From an archaeon (GTDB lineage Archaea; Iainarchaeota; Iainarchaeia; Iainarchaeales; 1-14-0-10-31-34): a stretch of 32,000 bases of DNA. This document shows, piece by piece, positions 27,326 to 32,000 of the stretch (positions within the stretch are counted from its first letter, which is position 1; each line of letters starts with the position of its first letter). Location of the stretch: NCBI GenBank assembly GCA_024277355.1, contig JAJRVL010000009.1:27580-59579 (forward strand), in the 5' to 3' direction. The notes under the pieces are model-generated. The model did no database searches and was not told where the DNA came from. It worked only from the letters and a program-made list of their open reading frames with translations. The translations under genes were made by a program, and so were the position numbers.

Positions 27326-27747
27326 AATTATTACCTATTAACATGTCATTAAATGTTTTTTGTTAAAGAAAATTAGTATTTTTTGTTTATTTTCCATCCC
27401 CGCTTTTCCCCTTAAACTGTTCCAGAAATCCTGGCATTTCTTTGTAGAGCTAGGTTTTGAAAACATTATTCAATTTTTATTTTAGGTTTAAACCTTTATT
27501 TCATTCTTTTGGTTTTTAGAGTCAGATATTTATTTGAAAGACTGTTTTTGTTTTGGTTGAATTCAATTAATATTTACTAAACTTTAAGTGTATTTAAGGA
27601 ATAGTTGGACTAAAGTTTAATTTGAGTTAAGGAATAGTAAGGTTTATATAAATGTTTGCAGAGGGATTGCAGGAAAAAGCATAAGAAGCTTTATACAAAA
27701 ATACAAAACTGTAAAATAAAAACAATAAATGTTTACAAACTAAAAAA

Positions 27748-28188
27748 TTAAAATCCTATTTTATTTTTAATAACCCGCATAACATTTGAATACTTATCAA
27801 AATTTCTATATCCGGCATACAAGAATATTCCTGCAACTATTCCAGTAGTAAGCAGAGGATAGCCTTCTGCAAGTTCTGGTTGAATTAAATGCGCATTTAT
27901 TAGCATTGCAAATGCGCCTAAACCCAAAAGTAAATAGATTCCACCTAAAAATAATTTAACATAACTTTTTATTCTTCCTTTACTAACAAAATCAGCCCAA
28001 ACAAACAATCCTAAAAAACCTATTAAACTCCACATTTCAAGTTCAACATTATTTGTAGTTTGTTTTATTATTTGTGAAATCGCATAAGCTAAAAAAAGAT
28101 ACCAAAAAAATTTAATTGTAAGTACATAAACTTTTTTTTGTCTTCTTACATAATCTTCTCGAGGTTCAGTAATTATATGGACTGGCAT
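27748..28188 (-). CDS. Uncharacterised membrane protein (146 aa, about 4 TM)
   Basis: Repeated hydrophobic helices. Confidence 0.65.
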   Translation of the reverse strand: MPVHIITEPREDYVRRQKKVYVLTIKFFWYLFLAYAISQIIKQTTNNVELEMWSLIGFLGLFVWADFVSKGRIKSYVKLFLGGIYLLLGLGAFAMLINAHLIQPELAEGYPLLTTGIVAGIFLYAGYRNFDKYSNVMRVIKNKIGF

Positions 28189-28261
28189 AAAACTCCCTTA
28201 AAAACATTATATTTTTGTATACAAACTTTTATTTACAGTTTTCGGTTTTAAAAAAAAAGAG

Positions 28262-28336
28262 TGCTCCGACCGGGATTCGAACCCGGGTCTACGGCTTGAA
28301 AGGCCATTATGCTTGGCCGGGCTACACTATCGGAGC
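28262..28336 (-). tRNA. tRNA-Glu (anticodon TTC)
   Basis: Minus strand GCTCCGATAGTGTAGCCCGGCCAAGCATAATGGCCTTTCAAGCCGTAGACCCGGGTTCGAATCCCGGTCGGAGCA; anticodon loop CTTTCAA. Confidence 0.95.
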
Positions 28337-28354
28337 ATCTCAACTGAAAACGAT

Positions 28355-28433
28355 CAACTGGTAGTTGGACATGGAAAAATCCATGACAGCGCCACTTTAT
28401 GTGGTGCACCGTTTCACCCGCACGGAAGCGGGT
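28355..28433 (+). ncRNA. Candidate structured RNA: four consecutive hairpins
   Basis: CAACT-ggt-AGTTG (28355-28367), CATGG-aaaaat-CCATG (28370-28385), GCGCCAC-tttat-GTGGTGC (28389-28407, one G.U on + strand), ACCCGC-acggaa-GCGGGT (28416-28433); GC-rich in an AT-rich intergenic region. Confidence 0.4.
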
Positions 28434-28563
28434 AATTAAATAAGCTTTTTAATGCTTTTAGTTGAATTAATATTATAGTTTAATAGCATTAAAAAAATAA
28501 TTTAATCAGTTATTAATTTTAATATACTATTGTTTTTAAATTTAATGAAAAAAGGTGGACAAA

Positions 28564-28731
28564 ATGGCTAGATTTAAAGAAGCAGACGCAAGAATATTTG
28601 CAAATGTATGGATTTGCATGAGATGCAATGCAAAAATAAGAGCAACAACAGGAAAAAAACCAAGTAAATGCAGAAAATGTAATTCAAAAGGATTAAGATT
28701 AAAGAAAAAAGCATTAAAGAAAACTGGATAA
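28564..28731 (+). CDS. rpl40e: Ribosomal protein L40e (55 aa)
   Basis: [55 protein letters not shown]; C-x2-C...C-x2-C; below the ORF-track cut-off. Confidence 0.93.
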   Translation: MARFKEADARIFANVWICMRCNAKIRATTGKKPSKCRKCNSKGLRLKKKALKKTG

Positions 28732-28745
28732 TAAAACTTGGTAAA

Positions 28746-29567
28746 ATGAATTTAACTGAATTCATAAAAATAATTCGGTCAATTGACTGTGTTATTGCAT
28801 CTTTAGGTGTATTTATTGGATTTAGTTTATCTATTCAGGGAATAAGTTTTCCTTTACAATTATTTTATGCAATGTTAACTGTATTTTTTGTTTGTGCAGG
28901 CGGACAAACAATAAATGATTATTTTGATTTTAACATAGATAAAAAAACAAACAAAAACAAACCATTAATTAAAGGAACAATAACAAAAAAACAAGCATTA
29001 ATTTATTCCTTAATTTTGTTTGCAATTGGAATTTTATTTTCTTTTTTAATCAGCCAGTTAGCTGTAATAACCGCAGTATTTTTTGCTTTACTTTTAGTTA
29101 GTTATTCTGCTTTAATGAAAAAAATAAAGTATTTTGGAAATTTTGTTGTATCATTTAGTGTAGCTTTTACAATTTTATTTGGAGCAATAATTTCAATGAA
29201 TTTTTTTCTTCCGTTAATATTATTTTTTTCTGCGTTTTTTGCTAATACTGCAAGAGAAATAATAAAAGATTTAGAAGACTTAAAAACAGAACAAGGAATC
29301 AAAATTACTTTACCTCAATTAATTCCAATTAACATAGTTTTTGTTTTAGTAATTTTATTTTATGTTTTGTCAATTTTAATTGGATTTTATCCTTTAATTA
29401 AAGGAATATTTAATTCAATTTTATATATTGTAATAATGGTTATTGCAGTAATTTTTTTTGGTTTAAGTTCAAAAGAAATGTTAAATAAAAATTATTTTGT
29501 TTCACAAAAATATTCAAAAATAGGAATGCTTGCAGGTTTACTGGCTTTTTTGTTTGGAGTAATTTAA
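28746..29567 (+). CDS. UbiA-family prenyltransferase, likely digeranylgeranylglyceryl phosphate synthase (273 aa)
   Basis: 'GGQTINDYFDFNIDKKTNKNKPLIKGTITKKQAL' and 'ANTAREIIKDLEDLKTEQG'. Confidence 0.85.
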   Translation: MNLTEFIKIIRSIDCVIASLGVFIGFSLSIQGISFPLQLFYAMLTVFFVCAGGQTINDYFDFNIDKKTNKNKPLIKGTITKKQALIYSLILFAIGILFSFLISQLAVITAVFFALLLVSYSALMKKIKYFGNFVVSFSVAFTILFGAIISMNFFLPLILFFSAFFANTAREIIKDLEDLKTEQGIKITLPQLIPINIVFVLVILFYVLSILIGFYPLIKGIFNSILYIVIMVIAVIFFGLSSKEMLNKNYFVSQKYSKIGMLAGLLAFLFGVI

Positions 29568-29579
29568 AGGAGAAAAAAA

Positions 29580-30518
29580 ATGAGAGAATTATTGTTAATG
29601 AAAACAATTTCTTTTTTAAAAAACTCTGGTTTTGAAGTAAACACTTTTTTTAATTCAAATTCTTGTTTTGATTTAATAGCAAAAAAAACAGATTTAAAAT
29701 TAGTGCTAAAAGTTTACTCTAATATTGATGGTTTTAGAAAAGAACAGGCAGAAGAACTCCAAAAAATAGCTAATGTATTTAATGCAGTAGTAGTAATTAT
29801 AGGCGAAAAAACTAAAGCATTTACATTAAAAAAAGGAGTTGTATATGAAAGATATTCAATTCCTGCAATGAATTATTTAACTTTTGTTTCAGTTTTTGAT
29901 ACAGCAGTTCCTTCAATTAAATCATTTAAAGGAAAAACAATAGTTGAATTAGAAACAGAAAAACTAAAAGAAAAAAGAGAAGAATTAGAGTTAACTTTAA
30001 ATGAATTAGCAAAAAAAACAGGCATAACAAAAGAATCATTATATCGATTAGAACATGGATTTAATACAAGCATTGAAACAGCAAAAAAACTAGAAAAATT
30101 ACTTAAAGCAGATTTAATTATAGAAAAAAATTTATTGGAAGATTTTATTGCTAAAATGCCTGAAAAAACTTTTGATAAAGAATTTGATGACAGTTCATTA
30201 GAAAAAATTCATTCATTAGGATTAGATTTAATTGAATTCAAGCACGCGCCATTTAAGGCTTTTGGAACAAAAAAAGAATTTTTGTTAATTGACAGAGGAA
30301 AAGAAAAAACAGAAATAAAAAAGAAAGCTTTAGTGTTAGAAAAAACTAAAGCAGTATTTGAAGCGCATGCATTAATTATAACAAAAAAATTTAGTTTAAA
30401 TCAAATTGCTTCAACTTCCATTATAGAAGAACAGGAATTAGATTCTTATTCAAAAATAAATGAATTAATGAAAGAAATAAAAAAAAGAGAAAAACCAAAA
30501 AAACAAAAAGAAAATTAA
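29580..30518 (+). CDS. Archaeal HTH (XRE-type) regulator with N-terminal nuclease-fold-like domain (312 aa)
   Basis: 'KREELELTLNELAKKTGITKESLYRLEHGFNTSIETAKKLEKLL'; N-term 'FEVNTFFNSNSCFDLIAKKTDLKLVLKVYSNID'. Confidence 0.8.
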   Translation: MRELLLMKTISFLKNSGFEVNTFFNSNSCFDLIAKKTDLKLVLKVYSNIDGFRKEQAEELQKIANVFNAVVVIIGEKTKAFTLKKGVVYERYSIPAMNYLTFVSVFDTAVPSIKSFKGKTIVELETEKLKEKREELELTLNELAKKTGITKESLYRLEHGFNTSIETAKKLEKLLKADLIIEKNLLEDFIAKMPEKTFDKEFDDSSLEKIHSLGLDLIEFKHAPFKAFGTKKEFLLIDRGKEKTEIKKKALVLEKTKAVFEAHALIITKKFSLNQIASTSIIEEQELDSYSKINELMKEIKKREKPKKQKEN

Positions 30519-30583
30519 CTGTTTTTTCAATTAACTTTTTAAATTGTTAGCAACTAAATTATTATTGATTTAAATGAAATACA

Positions 30584-31414
30584 GTGAATGTCTTCCACTT
30601 CAATTCTAATTCTATTCTGGATAGACATATTTCGTTCATTGGATTCGGCAATATTTCTCAGGCTTTATGCAAGGGACTGCTTTCTATTGAAGTTAACTCA
30701 AAAAACATTTTTGTTTCTGATACTGATTTAAGTAAATTAAATAAAGCAAAAGAATTAAACTTAAATTCAAGTTTAGTTAATTCTGATGCCTTAAAGTTTG
30801 CTGAAATTATTTTTTTGTGTGTTAAACCAAATAAAACTTTAAGTGTATTAAAAGAAATTTCTGAATTTATTACTGAAAAACATTTAATTGTTTCTGTTGC
30901 AGCAGGAATTAATTTAAGTCAATTAAATAAAATTGTTTCCTGTAAAACTGCAAGAATAATGCCAAATATTCCTGTTTCTTTAGGAAAAGGAGTTATTGCT
31001 TGTTCATTTAATGAATTGTTTTCTGAAAAAGACAAAGAAATTATTTTTTCTGTTTTACAGAAACTTGGATTAATTTTTGAAATAAAAGAAAATAAATTTG
31101 ATTTAATTACTGCTGTTTCAGGTGCAGGAACTGCTTTTTGGGCGTTTATTGCAGAAAAAACAATTAATGCAGTTCAACTTCAGGGATTAAATGAAGAACA
31201 AGCAAGAAAACTTGTATTGCATTCAATTAACGGAATGGTTTCTTTTTTATTAAAAGAAAATTTAACTGAAAAAGAATTAATTAAAAAAGTTGCTTCTAAA
31301 GGAGGAGTAACTGAAACTGAATTAACTGTTTTAGAGAATTCTTCTTTGAGTTTAATTATTGAAGAAGCTTTAATTAAAGGAATAAAAAAATCAAGTGATT
31401 TAAATGAAAAGTAA
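30584..31414 (+). CDS. proC: Pyrroline-5-carboxylate reductase (276 aa)
   Basis: 'ISFIGFGNISQALCKGLL', 'CVKPNKTLSVLKEI', 'KTARIMPNIPVSLGKGV', 'VSGAGTAFWAF', 'KVASKGGVTETEL'. Confidence 0.9.
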   Translation: MNVFHFNSNSILDRHISFIGFGNISQALCKGLLSIEVNSKNIFVSDTDLSKLNKAKELNLNSSLVNSDALKFAEIIFLCVKPNKTLSVLKEISEFITEKHLIVSVAAGINLSQLNKIVSCKTARIMPNIPVSLGKGVIACSFNELFSEKDKEIIFSVLQKLGLIFEIKENKFDLITAVSGAGTAFWAFIAEKTINAVQLQGLNEEQARKLVLHSINGMVSFLLKENLTEKELIKKVASKGGVTETELTVLENSSLSLIIEEALIKGIKKSSDLNEK

Positions 31415-32000
31415 TGCAATTGTTTTAGCTGAAAAATTTGGAGCAAACAATTATGCGCCGTTGCCTGTAGTTTTAGTTAAAGCTAAAGGTTGCTGGACTA
31501 AAGATGAAAACGGAAAAAAATATTTTGATTGTTTAAGTGCTTATTCTGCTTTAAATCAAGGACACAATCATCCAAAAATAATTAATGCAGCAATAAATCA
31601 AATGCAAAAAATTACTTTGACTTCACGGGCATTTCATAATGTTTTGCTTGGAGATTTTTTGAAAGAATTAGTTAAAGTCAGTGGATTAAGTAAAGCTTTA
31701 CCAATGAATTCAGGAGCTGAAGCAGTTGAAACTGCAATTAAAGCAGCAAGAAAATGGGCTTATGAAATTAAAAAAATAAAAAAAATAAAGCAAACATTAT
31801 TGTATGCAAGAATAATTTTCATGGAAGAACTACAACTATTGTTGGTTTTTCTTCTGAAGAACAATACAGAAACGGTTTTGGTCCTTTTTGTGATGGATTT
31901 AAATTAATTGAATTTAATGACATTAAAGCATTAAAAAAAGCAATAAACAAAAATACAGCTGGTTTTTTGATTGAACCAATTCAAGGAGAAGGAGGAATAA
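31404..32000 (+). CDS. Class III aminotransferase, ornithine/acetylornithine-type, 3' truncated by window and apparently frameshifted near 31771-31789
   Basis: Frame 1 'NYAPLPVVLVKAKGCWTKDENGKKYFDCLSAYSALNQGHNHP...PMNSGAEAVETAIKAARKWAYEI'; homology continues in another frame as 'NKANIIVCKNNFHGRTTTIVGFSSEEQYRNGFGPFCDGFK...AGFLIEPIQGEGGI'. Confidence 0.85.

Noticed and set aside
28355-28433. tRNA, 5S rRNA or Rho-independent terminator cluster
   Set aside because: No acceptor-closed cloverleaf or GTTCGA T-loop, no 5S-like core, and no terminator-style U-tract directly after each hairpin.
28574-28765. Minus-strand ORF 28574-28765
   Set aside because: Antisense to clear L40e.
29102-31446. Minus-strand ORFs 29102-29302, 29873-30073 and 31180-31446
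   Set aside because: Antisense to clear UbiA, HTH regulator and proC genes.
1-32000. CRISPR array
   Set aside because: No regularly spaced repeats of 24-37 bp with unique spacers were seen; the repeats found are two-copy only.

Overview
AT-rich archaeal chromosome segment, DPANN-like by inference (archaeal 16S/23S with a tRNA-Ala spacer, ribosomal protein L40e, a geranylgeranylglycerol-phosphate transferase-like UbiA protein). Layout: SAM-methyltransferase-like ORF (15-728); 23S rRNA, tRNA-Ala(TGC) and 16S rRNA on the minus strand (~0.9-6.0 kb); UbiA-family gene; accessory block from ~8 to 27.3 kb; then a core block (tRNA-Glu, L40e, DGGGP synthase-like UbiA, HTH regulator, proC, argD/rocD-like gene with an apparent frameshift). 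The accessory block holds two paralogous AAA/DUF4143-type ATPases that share an exact 47-bp upstream repeat and palindromic sites, a HEPN/HTH-MNT toxin-antitoxin pair, a RecB/Cas4-like nuclease, and an ~11.5-kb run of nine co-directional, tightly packed minus-strand genes (25410 to 13881): hsdR, RHH-like ORF, hsdM, membrane-anchored ORF, unknown 162-aa ORF, hsdS, 727-aa protein with zinc ribbon and C-terminal FokI-like nuclease motifs, small zinc-ribbon ORF, DUF262/DUF1524 (GmrSD/SspE-like) protein. This composite Type I RM operon with extra nucleases is the best candidate for an undescribed defence system. A second candidate is a compact GC-rich four-hairpin element at 28355-28433, possibly a structured RNA. 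All family calls are motif recognition by eye; no database search was run.
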